DNA from: a virus
Taxonomy: Duplodnaviria > Heunggongvirae > Uroviricota > Caudoviricetes
Direction: 5' to 3' (one strand)
Length of the DNA stretch: 64,000 nucleotides
IMG/VR virus record: IMGVR_UViG_3300027777_000022
The position numbers and the translations under genes were made by a program. The notes under the pieces were generated by a model. The model saw nothing but the letters and a program-made list of their open reading frames with translations, did no database searches and was not told the origin of the DNA. Position 1 is the stretch's first letter. Each line of letters begins with the position of its first letter. Of this stretch, positions 37,364-46,660 are shown in pieces.

Positions 37364-37650
37364 GTTTGGGACAAGCCCAAAATCTCACATGGCACTGCGT
37401 TGAATTTGAAAACCAGCTTCGGCAGCTTCGTCAGCTTCGTACTCGGTATCAACTGCATACAAAAACAAATCACCATCCCAAATTTCGTACATACACATTC
37501 CTTAAAGATAAAAACCAAGGCCTTGGACATCGACCAGGCACTCATGAACAAACAGAACCAACCCATGAAATTGCTGTTGTTTTCAAAACTGACCTTTGCA
37601 AGAAACGCATTACCCATCATCCAGATTATTTGTTCTAGAGCCAGATTCAT
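37342..37650 (-). CDS. Small membrane protein (3' extent uncertain)
   Basis: MNLALEQIIWMMG...GWFCLFMSAW. The ATG is 1 nt after the upstream stop; the 3' half overlaps the 35-aa ORF and hairpins. Confidence 0.4.
   Translation of the reverse strand: MNLALEQIIWMMGNAFLAKVSFENNSNFMGWFCLFMSAWSMSKALVFIFKECVCTKFGMVICFCMQLIPSTKLTKLPKLVFKFNAVPCEILGLSQTESQTFF
37385..37492 (-). CDS. Small acidic protein (35 aa)
   Basis: Translated by hand: MYEIWDGDLFLYAVDTEYEADEAAEAGFQIQRSAM, with an AAGGA RBS. Confidence 0.6.
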   Translation of the reverse strand: MYEIWDGDLFLYAVDTEYEADEAAEAGFQIQRSAM

Positions 37651-37651
37651 A

Positions 37652-37735
37652 TTACACCACAATCATTAATACAATGAACGCTGCCACCCATGGGTAGCCG
37701 CAATACAATGCTGCAATTACGGCTACCCAGGCCAT
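37652..37735 (-). CDS. 27-aa hydrophobic peptide
   Basis: Translated by hand: MAWVAVIAALYCGYPWVAAFIVLMIVV; TAATG-coupled to the ATPase stop. Confidence 0.55.
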   Translation of the reverse strand: MAWVAVIAALYCGYPWVAAFIVLMIVV

Positions 37736-38757
37736 TATGCTGCCTTCATGCAAGTGGTTTCTGCCAGGCGCTTCCAGTTACCTTCGCTGAGTTTACGCAA
37801 GTCAGCAATCTTCAATGCCATACGCAAGCTCATTTCACGCAAGCGAGTCTGATTGGTTTCCATAAACTCAAAGATTGCATCTTGTGTCTCTGGTTCAAAG
37901 TCGTAACCTTCAAACAACACACCATCTTTGGCAATCTGCTTGATACGCAGGATCTTGTCACGCATGGTGTCCAAGGTCAAGTCCAAGTAGTGGCAGCGCG
38001 ATTGCAGTGCATCCAAGTGATCCCGCAGCTTCTGCGATTTCATTGTTTCAAACTTCAAGTTGGTGATAAAGATCACTGAGCCTTTGAAGTCAAAGCTGTC
38101 TGGAATGCCTTCGCGACGCAGAGTGGAACTCTCACTCAACCAAGAAATCTTACGCTTCTTGCCAGAGTCCAGGGCACCTTTTAGCAAGTTCAGTGCCACG
38201 TCATCAACCAGGATTGAATCACAGTCATCAAACACCAGCACACAGTTTTCGTCGCTGTACTTGTAAAGAGTCTGATACAAGCCGATAGGAGTTGCTGAAC
38301 CTTTGACAACTTCTGCACGGAGGCGCTTGCCTGCGATACGATCAAACAGTGTGGCTTTGTCAATTTCTTGCTCGACACCAAAGCTCTTGCCCACACCAGG
38401 AGGGCCACTTACAATCATGGCACGGATGCTGCCGTCGATTGCAGCACGAGTCATTTCTGTGAGAATTTCAAAGCGCTCACGAATACGACCCATTGCAGCT
38501 TCTTCAGTTTCAGCAGCAACAAAGGCAGTCACAGGCACTTCAGGTGTATGCACGGTATCACCATTTACCATCTCATAGTCAGTGATGGCATCAACACGAA
38601 TGCGAACAGCAGCAGGACAGTTGGGAAAGTGTCCATCATTTTGCACTGTAACAAAGCCGCCTTTGGCACCAGTTTGAAAGCCGCTTACCAGTGTAAAGCT
38701 CTTGTTGTTAACAGACTTGCCGCGGTACTCGCCGCGAATAATACGAATTGCGCTCAT
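37735..38757 (-). CDS. AAA+ ATPase (early)
   Basis: GPPGVGKS Walker A, LVFDDCD Walker B, FITN sensor and ALQSR arginine finger. Confidence 0.9.
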   Translation of the reverse strand: MSAIRIIRGEYRGKSVNNKSFTLVSGFQTGAKGGFVTVQNDGHFPNCPAAVRIRVDAITDYEMVNGDTVHTPEVPVTAFVAAETEEAAMGRIRERFEILTEMTRAAIDGSIRAMIVSGPPGVGKSFGVEQEIDKATLFDRIAGKRLRAEVVKGSATPIGLYQTLYKYSDENCVLVFDDCDSILVDDVALNLLKGALDSGKKRKISWLSESSTLRREGIPDSFDFKGSVIFITNLKFETMKSQKLRDHLDALQSRCHYLDLTLDTMRDKILRIKQIAKDGVLFEGYDFEPETQDAIFEFMETNQTRLREMSLRMALKIADLRKLSEGNWKRLAETTCMKAA

Positions 38758-38789
38758 GGTTTCTAGCCCCGTTTTGTTAATATGCCACT

Positions 38790-38949
38790 ATTGTAGCAGT
38801 TGTTGAAATACCGGTCAACTCCTTTTTGCAGGATTTTTCCAACTTTTTTTGCAAAAACTGTGGGCTTTTTGCCACATTGTTTAGCAGTTTTTCTGTTGGT
38901 ATCTTTGTTGACATGTAGCTATTATAGCCGATCATGCAATACTGGTCAA
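38790..38949 (-). promoter_or_regulatory. Tandem sigma70 early promoters of the ATPase operon
   Basis: TTGACC-17-TACAAT (38790-38818) and TTGACC-17-TATAAT (38921-38949); operator-like palindromes at 38859-38876 and 38970-38987. Confidence 0.8.
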
Positions 38950-38959
38950 CCGGGTTGGT

Positions 38960-39790
38960 TCAGCGCCAGTGTTGTTTTATTACAACATCGTTAGTTTCGT
39001 GCGGTTTTGGGTCTCCGTGGAACACCAACACACTATTGCCGGGTGCGAGTATGGTTCCGCGGCCAGGCCTGTGGTAAGTTCTATTGTCGAAGTTCATGCC
39101 GCCATCCAGTGCAGTCCATCTCCAACTTACCACTCGAGCAGGGTCCATGAATCGACGTTTTTCAGGAGCAATAACTGTGGTGAGATATTCTTGATCACCG
39201 CCGTGTTGGTATCTGCTGATTATTTTGTTGGCTCCGTTTTGTTCAAAGTTTTCCCACACATGCGCCCATTTGCGAGTATCCCAGTACATCACAGATGAGT
39301 TCATGTTTTGCACATCTGCTTTCCATAACACTCTGAAATCTCGTATGGTCCAGAAATAAAATGGACTGAGATCCACCATCCAATCTATGTTGTCGACAAT
39401 CACTGTGTCCAGGTCAAAGTACAGCAATTGTCCTTGATGGTGAGCAGGATTAAACATCTGCATTTTGTACCACCAGCTGCGTTTGCGGCCACTGATACCT
39501 GACCATTCCACTAGATTGTGTCGGACCATGTGCAGCGGCACTGGTCTACTGGATTCGGTATACACATGCAATCTCACGCCACGTGTTAGATGGCGACTCA
39601 ACATGCTGTGTAATCTTTCCACGTAAACCCAATCGTATCCATTACCATGGATAACACAGGCACAGTCCACAGGACCGGTAGGATCACTCTGTGGGATCAT
39701 TTGTTTTTTTGCTCGATATGCTTCTCTCTCAGCACGATGCAGATCTTTTTCAGCTTGCGTGGGCACAATTATACCGGTGGGTTGTTCCAA
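38960..39790 (-). CDS. GT-A fold glycosyltransferase
   Basis: WWYK, YFDLD (DxD), NSSVM, GDQ and FHGDPKP motifs. Confidence 0.85.
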   Translation of the reverse strand: MEQPTGIIVPTQAEKDLHRAEREAYRAKKQMIPQSDPTGPVDCACVIHGNGYDWVYVERLHSMLSRHLTRGVRLHVYTESSRPVPLHMVRHNLVEWSGISGRKRSWWYKMQMFNPAHHQGQLLYFDLDTVIVDNIDWMVDLSPFYFWTIRDFRVLWKADVQNMNSSVMYWDTRKWAHVWENFEQNGANKIISRYQHGGDQEYLTTVIAPEKRRFMDPARVVSWRWTALDGGMNFDNRTYHRPGRGTILAPGNSVLVFHGDPKPHETNDVVIKQHWR

Positions 39791-40551
39791 TATGTTGGAT
39801 ATTGTTTCAATACACTCTGAACTGCATTAGGATATGTTATTGCAACACTATGACTTTCGCATTTGTGATTGATAGCTGCTGCGGTGTCTAACTGTTTGAA
39901 TGCTTGTAACACTTGTTCAGGGTCTCGGTGTTGGCTTTCTATGCAACTTGTTACCTTGCTACGAATACGATGGTCATTACCTATCCAGGTCCAGTGCCAT
40001 CCTGCTGTTTCAGGATATGTTACACAATGGCTACGATCTTTTCGTTTTGTGTTGTTACCTTTGTAGAGTTGTTGTGGATTTTCAAACATGCATTTACGAG
40101 CAATCACTGTGCCATTCCAATTGCGATTCATTTTTTGATCAAACTTGTAAACATACATGTCTAACACACATGCAACCGGGCGTTGATGTACATCCATGTA
40201 ATCAATAATGTGTTGTATTTTTTCTGGATCAACAATCTCGTCGAGGTCCGAATGAACAACAATATCTTGTGCGTCTAGCTTGTTGATTTCTTGTTGTAGA
40301 CTGGCCCGGCTATAATTTTCGCATTGCCAATTCACATAGTCTGTAGGAATGTCCAATTGGATCACACACATCCGATCTCGATAGCGTTGATACCAATCCA
40401 AATTTTCTGACAGGTAGTAGGGTTTTTTATGTCCGCTCCAAGTTTGACTTCCTTCAAGTACGATCCAACGGTCAACATAGTTATCAGTCACAGCCAGTCT
40501 GACGTCCAACATATCAAACTCGTTGTTAAACATAAATGTATCAACTATCAT
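39769..40551 (-). CDS. Glycosyltransferase family 17-like (beta-1,4-GlcNAc transferase)
   Basis: D.FMFNNEFDML..RL, SDLDEI and GWH motifs. Confidence 0.85.
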   Translation of the reverse strand: MIVDTFMFNNEFDMLDVRLAVTDNYVDRWIVLEGSQTWSGHKKPYYLSENLDWYQRYRDRMCVIQLDIPTDYVNWQCENYSRASLQQEINKLDAQDIVVHSDLDEIVDPEKIQHIIDYMDVHQRPVACVLDMYVYKFDQKMNRNWNGTVIARKCMFENPQQLYKGNNTKRKDRSHCVTYPETAGWHWTWIGNDHRIRSKVTSCIESQHRDPEQVLQAFKQLDTAAAINHKCESHSVAITYPNAVQSVLKQYPTYWNNPPV

Positions 40552-40569
40552 ATCTTGATGTGTTATCTT

Positions 40570-41202
40570 TTAAAATTTATAAATTATCTGATACGCATCA
40601 TACACAGGATCTATTCCTTTGGCTTGCAAATAGTCTGCTATGTAATGCCCTTTTCCTGTTCTCATTCCTGAGTCTTTAAATCTACTGTTGTCGTCGATCA
40701 CTACTAATGCACCTGGTTTTAGAGATGATTCGATTATTTGAAATTCTCGTAAATGATGCTCGGCACTCAGATGATCATCATGCCATTTTACATCATAACT
40801 GTCAAGATAGAAAAGATCAATCTGGTCCAGATCCAATTGTGTAGCTAGATATAGCACACTATCCATGCATGTGGATTCAAATTTTGCTGATGTAATTGTA
40901 CTACGAGCGCACATCACAGCAGAAGGGTCTATGTCCACACTACGAACACTTCCACCAAAATGTTCTACAAATTCTGTAAACAACCGGGCGCTTTGTCCAT
41001 CTTTCCAATTGTCTGGATTACGTAAGGTACCAGTTTCAATTATACGATATTCGTCTTGATTGAGACTTTCGAGATATGCAAACACAAGATTAAATCCGTC
41101 CGCACGTTGATAAAGACCTTCTACCAATCCTCGTTTGGCCCCACTTACTTGGGGATTTAATAAATCGTAATAGTTGTTGCGGTAATGTTCAAGCCAGGTC
41201 AT
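40570..41202 (-). CDS. Class I SAM-dependent methyltransferase-like protein
   Basis: IIETG, SVDID, YLDS and VVIDD motifs. Confidence 0.8.
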   Translation of the reverse strand: MTWLEHYRNNYYDLLNPQVSGAKRGLVEGLYQRADGFNLVFAYLESLNQDEYRIIETGTLRNPDNWKDGQSARLFTEFVEHFGGSVRSVDIDPSAVMCARSTITSAKFESTCMDSVLYLATQLDLDQIDLFYLDSYDVKWHDDHLSAEHHLREFQIIESSLKPGALVVIDDNSRFKDSGMRTGKGHYIADYLQAKGIDPVYDAYQIIYKF

Positions 41203-41209
41203 ATGTTAT

Positions 41210-41794
41210 TTAAATTAGATTATCAACTGCGATAGGTTTTGTAACTATCCAACAACGTCCAGATTTATTCACCTTTATACCCAATGGTTTGAAAAAATCC
41301 CATACTGCTTGTTGTACTTCGGGCCAGCCTTTGGTATAATCATCTCCAGCAAAATAACATCCAGGTTTGATCTTGGGATACCACGCAGCCAAATCTCTGG
41401 TTACATCGCTGTATGTGTGCCCAGCATCTACATAACAAAAATCCACAGATTCGTTGGCAAATGATTGTGCAGCTTCCCAACTGATTGATTCCACTGGGAT
41501 ATACCGTCCAGTTATGCAACTCAGGTTGGTATCAAATATATCTCTGAGAGATTTTTCAGTGATAAACTCATGATCCTGGTGTTCGACACCGCCTTGCCAG
41601 GTATCAACACAGTGAAAAGACCCGAGTTTATTTCTGTTGATCAATTCAACTACACAGTAAGCGGTGCTGCGGCCAGTCCAAGATCCAAGTTCTACCCAGG
41701 TACCATCTGCAGGAAATTGATCTAATACTAGGTCAAGCATTATGGTATTTCTGTGATTCATATAACCGTCGATGTTTTGATAGAAGTGGTCCAT
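41210..41794 (-). CDS. Class I SAM-dependent methyltransferase (Methyltransf_24-like)
   Basis: VELGSWTGRS, VDTW, YVDAGHTY and GDDY motifs. Confidence 0.85.
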   Translation of the reverse strand: MDHFYQNIDGYMNHRNTIMLDLVLDQFPADGTWVELGSWTGRSTAYCVVELINRNKLGSFHCVDTWQGGVEHQDHEFITEKSLRDIFDTNLSCITGRYIPVESISWEAAQSFANESVDFCYVDAGHTYSDVTRDLAAWYPKIKPGCYFAGDDYTKGWPEVQQAVWDFFKPLGIKVNKSGRCWIVTKPIAVDNLI

Positions 41795-41798
41795 TTTT

Positions 41799-41826
41799 TA
41801 TTTACCGTTATATACGCCGATAAATA
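41799..41826. promoter_or_regulatory. Divergent late promoters of the glycan island
   Basis: TAAATA on the minus strand (41799-41804) and on the plus strand (41821-41826), each 4-5 nt from an ATG. Confidence 0.75.
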
Positions 41827-41831
41827 TTTCT

Positions 41832-42599
41832 ATGGACACTATGAAAATTGTAATTGTTACAGGTGGGTTTGACCCTATGCATTCGGGTCATGTGATGTAT
41901 CTCAGAGATGCACGTAAACTGGGACACATGTTGATCGTTGGGCTAAACTCAGATGAATGGCTCACCCGTAAAAAAGGTCGGCCATTCATGAACTATCACG
42001 AACGATGGGCTGTGCTGCTGGGCTGTAGATATGTGGATGGTGTGATCAGTTTTGATGATGCTGATGGATCTGCATGTGATGCAATTCGCAAAGTGCGAGC
42101 TCAGTATCCTCGTGCAGAAATAGTGTTTGCCAATGGTGGCGATAGAACAAAAGAAAACATACCCGAAATGGTGTTTGACGATGTGGAGTTTGTGTTTGGT
42201 GTTGGCGGCGAAAACAAAGCCAACAGCTCAAGCTGGATCTTGGAAGAATGGAAGAAGCCCAAGACAGATCGTGCCTGGGGATATTACCGTATCCTTCACG
42301 AAGTTGGATCACATGTAAAACTCAAAGAACTCACTGTGATGCCCGGGCAACGTCTCAGCATGCAACGTCACGAAAAACGTGCAGAATTTTGGTTTGTTGC
42401 CGAAGGTGAAGCCACAGTATACACAGTAGATCCATACAGTACAGATTATGATTTGTTGGCCAGTCCTGCGCGACATCAGCACACATGGATTCAGCTAGGA
42501 GAATGGCATCAGCTATGTAACGAGACTGATCAATTGCTCAAGCTGATTGAAATACAGTACGGTGAAGATTGCGTAGAAGAAGATATTGAACGCAAATGA
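41832..42599 (+). CDS. RfaE-like nucleotidyl(cytidylyl)transferase fused to a mannose-6-P-isomerase-type cupin
   Basis: TGGFDPMHSGH (HxGH) and NGGDR; C-terminal R.WG.Y...LSMQRH..R.E.W...IEIQYG...EEDIER. Confidence 0.88.
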   Translation: MDTMKIVIVTGGFDPMHSGHVMYLRDARKLGHMLIVGLNSDEWLTRKKGRPFMNYHERWAVLLGCRYVDGVISFDDADGSACDAIRKVRAQYPRAEIVFANGGDRTKENIPEMVFDDVEFVFGVGGENKANSSSWILEEWKKPKTDRAWGYYRILHEVGSHVKLKELTVMPGQRLSMQRHEKRAEFWFVAEGEATVYTVDPYSTDYDLLASPARHQHTWIQLGEWHQLCNETDQLLKLIEIQYGEDCVEEDIERK

Positions 42600-43288
42600 A
42601 CAACATCATACCAGTGTTTGTAGGGTATGATCCTAGAGAAGCTATTGCTTATCATACCTGTGTGAATTCAATCATACGCAACAGTAGCAAACCCGTGGCC
42701 ATTATACCATTGGCACTGAATCTCTTTAAGGAATATTCTGAAACGCATACAGATGGAAGTAATCATTTCATCTACACACGGTTCCTGGTACCGCATCTGA
42801 TGAAATACACTGGCCACGCTATCTTTATAGATGGTGACATGATTGTACGTGGAGATATTGCCGAGTTGTGGGAATTACGAAATACATCTATGGATGTGCA
42901 AGTGGTCAAACACAACTATCAAACACGCATGAGTGAAAAATATCTTGGCAGCAAAAACGAAAACTATCCACGCAAGAACTGGAGCAGTGTTATGTTGTGG
43001 AACTGCAATAGCTTTCCCAATCGCAAGCTCACTCCTGAGTTTATTGAAAAATCTACAGGTGCAGAACTGCATAGATTTACCTGGCTGGAAGATGCTCGCA
43101 TAGGTGAGCTGCCCGCCGAATGGAATTGGTTGGATGTGGAATATGAATGGAATCCATTGGCCAAACTGGTTCACTTCACTCTAGGAACTCCGTGCTTTCA
43201 TGAGTTTGCTGATCAAGGCAACTTCTCAGATGAATGGCACAAAGAGCGTATTTTTACCGAATACTGTCAACAAAGAAATATCATATGA
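42596..43288 (+). CDS. Glycosyltransferase (GT8-like)
   Basis: VGYDPRE, RFLVP, FIDGDM, YPRKNWSS and HFTLGTP motifs. Confidence 0.85.
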   Translation: MNNIIPVFVGYDPREAIAYHTCVNSIIRNSSKPVAIIPLALNLFKEYSETHTDGSNHFIYTRFLVPHLMKYTGHAIFIDGDMIVRGDIAELWELRNTSMDVQVVKHNYQTRMSEKYLGSKNENYPRKNWSSVMLWNCNSFPNRKLTPEFIEKSTGAELHRFTWLEDARIGELPAEWNWLDVEYEWNPLAKLVHFTLGTPCFHEFADQGNFSDEWHKERIFTEYCQQRNII

Positions 43289-44097
43289 GCAGTTGGATTT
43301 TTCTCAGCAAAGGCGGCAAGGACGAGTATGTGAACATGCTGGCCCATAGTGCAAAAATGCAACCAATGGACACTGATTACTTTGATTATCATTACGATAT
43401 AGCTGTGGACCATAACCAGTTAGTGCTACGTGGCATTCTCAAACACAAGATCATGAAGCAATGTCTAGCTGATGGTAATAATTTTTACTACATGGATTCT
43501 GGATATGTTGGAAATAATGTAGGCAACAAAAACACACAAGGCATCAAGCAATATCACAGGATTGTGCTGAATGACTTGCAGCATCAGACCATACGTCCAC
43601 GCCCTAGTGATAGATGGGATCTATTGGGTATCACGCCTGATGCTCGCCGTTACGGATATAAAATTATAGTAGCAGCACCTGATGAAAAACCCTGCAAGTA
43701 TTACGGAATTGATCAACAACAATGGATTCAAGACACTGTGGCCGAAATTAAAAAGCACACAGACCGTCCAGTAGTGGTTCGTGAACGTGCAGCGGCACGC
43801 ATAGATAGAGTAATGAATCAACCCCTGAGCCACATGCTAACACAAGATGTACATGCCTTGGTCACATTCAACAGTGTTGCAGCAGTAGAAAGCATATTGG
43901 CTGGAGTTCCAGCATTTGTAATGGCGCCTAGTCATGTGGCAGCACCAGTGGGCAATCAAGACTTGGCCAAGATAGAAGATCCATTCTATCCAGACCGGGA
44001 CTTGTTAGATGCATGGTGCCACAGCATGGCATACGGACAATATCATGTGCGCGAATTAAAAAATGGCACAGCATTTAGGATGATGCAAGAACTATGA
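43285..44097 (+). CDS. Capsule-synthesis (KpsS/KpsC-like) glycosyltransferase
   Basis: DSGY, DRPVVVR and VTFNSVAAVESILAGVP motifs; start 43285 inferred from the ATGA overlap. Confidence 0.7.
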   Translation: MSSWIFLSKGGKDEYVNMLAHSAKMQPMDTDYFDYHYDIAVDHNQLVLRGILKHKIMKQCLADGNNFYYMDSGYVGNNVGNKNTQGIKQYHRIVLNDLQHQTIRPRPSDRWDLLGITPDARRYGYKIIVAAPDEKPCKYYGIDQQQWIQDTVAEIKKHTDRPVVVRERAAARIDRVMNQPLSHMLTQDVHALVTFNSVAAVESILAGVPAFVMAPSHVAAPVGNQDLAKIEDPFYPDRDLLDAWCHSMAYGQYHVRELKNGTAFRMMQEL

Positions 44098-45059
44098 GAG
44101 TCATAAGTTATACCGCCACATTGCCAAAAAAAGAGCAATACACTCCTGAGAGCTTGAAAAATGCCACCGACAAGGTCAATACCCTGACATACTTTGCTCA
44201 AGGTGTAAATGCACAAGGTGACGAAGGTATTGTTCAAACTGACATGACTTATGAGCCCAGCGATGTAGCTGTTATACTGGGTTGGGTACATGAGCATGGC
44301 AAAACTGCTGCACATCTACAATTCCGCCAAGAGATATTGGATGGACAACATGCAGCCGGTGGCAGAACTATCATAGCAGACAGCAATCTGTTCCTGTACA
44401 ACAACAAAGAAAATCCCGGATATTGGTTGCGTTATAGCTATGATGGTATCTTTGCCAACACTGGAGAATATTGCAATCACGATCCTGATCCTGCTCGTTG
44501 GACAAGGATACAAGCACAATGCGGAGTTCGACTACAACCTTGGCGATCTGCCGGTAATCACATATTAATTTGCTTACAGCGTGACGGAGGGTGGAGCATG
44601 GCCGGATGGGATGTGATAGATTGGGCACTAAAAACCATAATTGACATACGCAAGTATTCAGATCGTCCTATACGTATACGACCGCATCCAGGAGACAAGA
44701 AGGCTAGAAAATACTGTGATAGACTTATGAAACTGTGCCAGGGTCGCAGACTAACAGGACTAGGAATTAGTATAGAAGGTCACAGCCTCATAGACGATTT
44801 CACTGACTGCTGGGCAGTGGTAAATCACAACTCCAGTCCGGGTGTGGCAGCAGTGATACAAGGTATTCCTTTGATATTAACTGACCCGTTACGCAGTCAA
44901 GCCAGTGATGTGGCCACGGTGGGCATACATTCTATAGAAAATCCACTCATGCCCGACAGAACAGCGTGGATACAGCGCATCAGTCAATTCCATTGGAGTC
45001 ACGAAGAACTACGAACAGGGGTATGTTGGGAACACATGAAGAAATGGGCAAAAAAATGA
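44094..45059 (+). CDS. Capsule-synthesis (KpsS/KpsC-like) glycosyltransferase
   Basis: LICLQ, IRIRPHP and VNHNSSPGVAAVIQGIP motifs. Confidence 0.72.
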   Translation: MRVISYTATLPKKEQYTPESLKNATDKVNTLTYFAQGVNAQGDEGIVQTDMTYEPSDVAVILGWVHEHGKTAAHLQFRQEILDGQHAAGGRTIIADSNLFLYNNKENPGYWLRYSYDGIFANTGEYCNHDPDPARWTRIQAQCGVRLQPWRSAGNHILICLQRDGGWSMAGWDVIDWALKTIIDIRKYSDRPIRIRPHPGDKKARKYCDRLMKLCQGRRLTGLGISIEGHSLIDDFTDCWAVVNHNSSPGVAAVIQGIPLILTDPLRSQASDVATVGIHSIENPLMPDRTAWIQRISQFHWSHEELRTGVCWEHMKKWAKK

Positions 45060-45805
45060 TACAAGTAATAACCAGTTTTAATCAACTGTACTATGATCTA
45101 ATTGGAAAAGATTCGGTTAGCAGTTTTCTAGAACATTGGCCAAAAGATCTCAACATCACTTGTTATGTAGAAGGGTTACAGTTGCCAAAGAATAATCGAG
45201 TTGTTCAGATTAAATTTTCCAAGTTAGATCCGGACTATGAGCAATATCAACTGGATCCTGCATTGAATCAAAGCATGAAAAAGTTTGCCAAGAAAGCCTA
45301 TAGTTTCATGCACGCCATGAACAACAGTAAGGCAGAATGGATAGTATGGTTAGATGCCGATGTGATCACAGTACAATCTTTACCCATTGAGTTGTTACAA
45401 AGAGTATTAAGCTCAGATCATCTAGCTATGTATATGGGTGTGACATACGTCACAGACAAAAGTGGCAATCCAGGCAATTGGTTAGTTCCTGAGACCGGTG
45501 TGTTTGCTGTGAACACTCGTCATGCGGATTTTGATGCCTTTAGAGCAGAGTATTGTAGACGTTATCGTGAACGCGATTACACAGACCTGCGCAGATTTTA
45601 TGACAATGATGTGTTTGGTGCTGCGTTAGCAGTTGTGCCCGACGCTGCTGTGTTGGATCTATGTGCAGGATTCAAGAAGAGTTACAAAACTCCATTACGG
45701 CATACCGTATTAGGTGATCACCTCATACACTACAAAGCCAAACACTCCAAGGCTGAATATGTACAAGGCGATGTTGATGGAATTTGTGTGGCCGACAACG
45801 ATTAA
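45056..45805 (+). CDS. GT-A glycosyltransferase (nucleotide-diphospho-sugar transferase)
   Basis: KFAKKAYS, WLDAD, ETG and HYK motifs; start inferred from the ATGA overlap. Confidence 0.75.
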   Translation: MIQVITSFNQLYYDLIGKDSVSSFLEHWPKDLNITCYVEGLQLPKNNRVVQIKFSKLDPDYEQYQLDPALNQSMKKFAKKAYSFMHAMNNSKAEWIVWLDADVITVQSLPIELLQRVLSSDHLAMYMGVTYVTDKSGNPGNWLVPETGVFAVNTRHADFDAFRAEYCRRYRERDYTDLRRFYDNDVFGAALAVVPDAAVLDLCAGFKKSYKTPLRHTVLGDHLIHYKAKHSKAEYVQGDVDGICVADND

Positions 45806-46623
45806 TTGTTACGCCAATACTGTTCGTTTCTGGGACGAATAAGGTCTGAGCCAAGGCTACGCCCTGTGGTTTTTCGATTGCCTTTGAGATGATCTAGATA
45901 CGCTCCCCAAGCTGTGTTGATCAGTGGATGCCCTTCTCCTTTGATAAGACCTGCACTCCAATTTAACACTCGCCATTCAGGATGAGCTGCTTGAACTTCT
46001 TTACGTGTTTCATCAAACACCCAGCAATCATTCCATTCAGCCATGGTCATGAGTCGACCCGAATCGTATGCCAGTTGAAACTCTGCAAGCCACTTGCGTG
46101 TAATTGGGTTTCGTAGATTCATTGCGTACAACCCGCATTCTGAGAACTTCTTTTCACGACCCAGATAGGCCAGGCCCACGTCTGATGGCATTTGCAGCAA
46201 CAAAAATGCTTCACTAAGGCTGGTATGACATATCATATCAGCATCCATCCAAAATAACACATCAGTTTTGCAGTTAGCAGCAGCATGAAATACACTATAT
46301 GCTTTGTGACTGAATCTTAAGGCATCCCAGCGAAATCCCAATCCGTTTGCTTTTCCCTTGGCATCAACAGGACCTGTTGCTACTTCTCCGCGAGCTCTGG
46401 GATCCGGGCCCCATCGTTGCTTGAATGCAACAATTTCAGGACTTGATGCATGTAGATCCCTCACATGTAAATTACCAGCCGATTGTGTGATAGCGCAATC
46501 TTCGGTATACACATATAGATCAACTGCGTTTGGCCAACTTTTTAAAAAAGTATCAATCATGCGGCTGGCATACTTGTCGTAACCTGCTTGGTTGAATGTA
46601 GTAACTACTGCATATTTTGTCAT
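45802..46623 (-). CDS. GT-A glycosyltransferase, paralog of 45056-45805
   Basis: RFSHKAYS, WMDAD, ECG, EWND.WVFD and DHLKG motifs. Confidence 0.78.
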   Translation of the reverse strand: MTKYAVVTTFNQAGYDKYASRMIDTFLKSWPNAVDLYVYTEDCAITQSAGNLHVRDLHASSPEIVAFKQRWGPDPRARGEVATGPVDAKGKANGLGFRWDALRFSHKAYSVFHAAANCKTDVLFWMDADMICHTSLSEAFLLLQMPSDVGLAYLGREKKFSECGLYAMNLRNPITRKWLAEFQLAYDSGRLMTMAEWNDCWVFDETRKEVQAAHPEWRVLNWSAGLIKGEGHPLINTAWGAYLDHLKGNRKTTGRSLGSDLIRPRNEQYWRNN

Positions 46624-46660
46624 GGGCTTCCAGTTCTGAATAACTATTTAACACAATATC

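Noticed and set aside
37692-37728. Hairpin GGGTAGCCG/CGGCTACCC as a terminator after the ATPase
   Set aside because: There is no U-tract, and it lies within the coupled 27-aa ORF; it may be a pause or stability element only.
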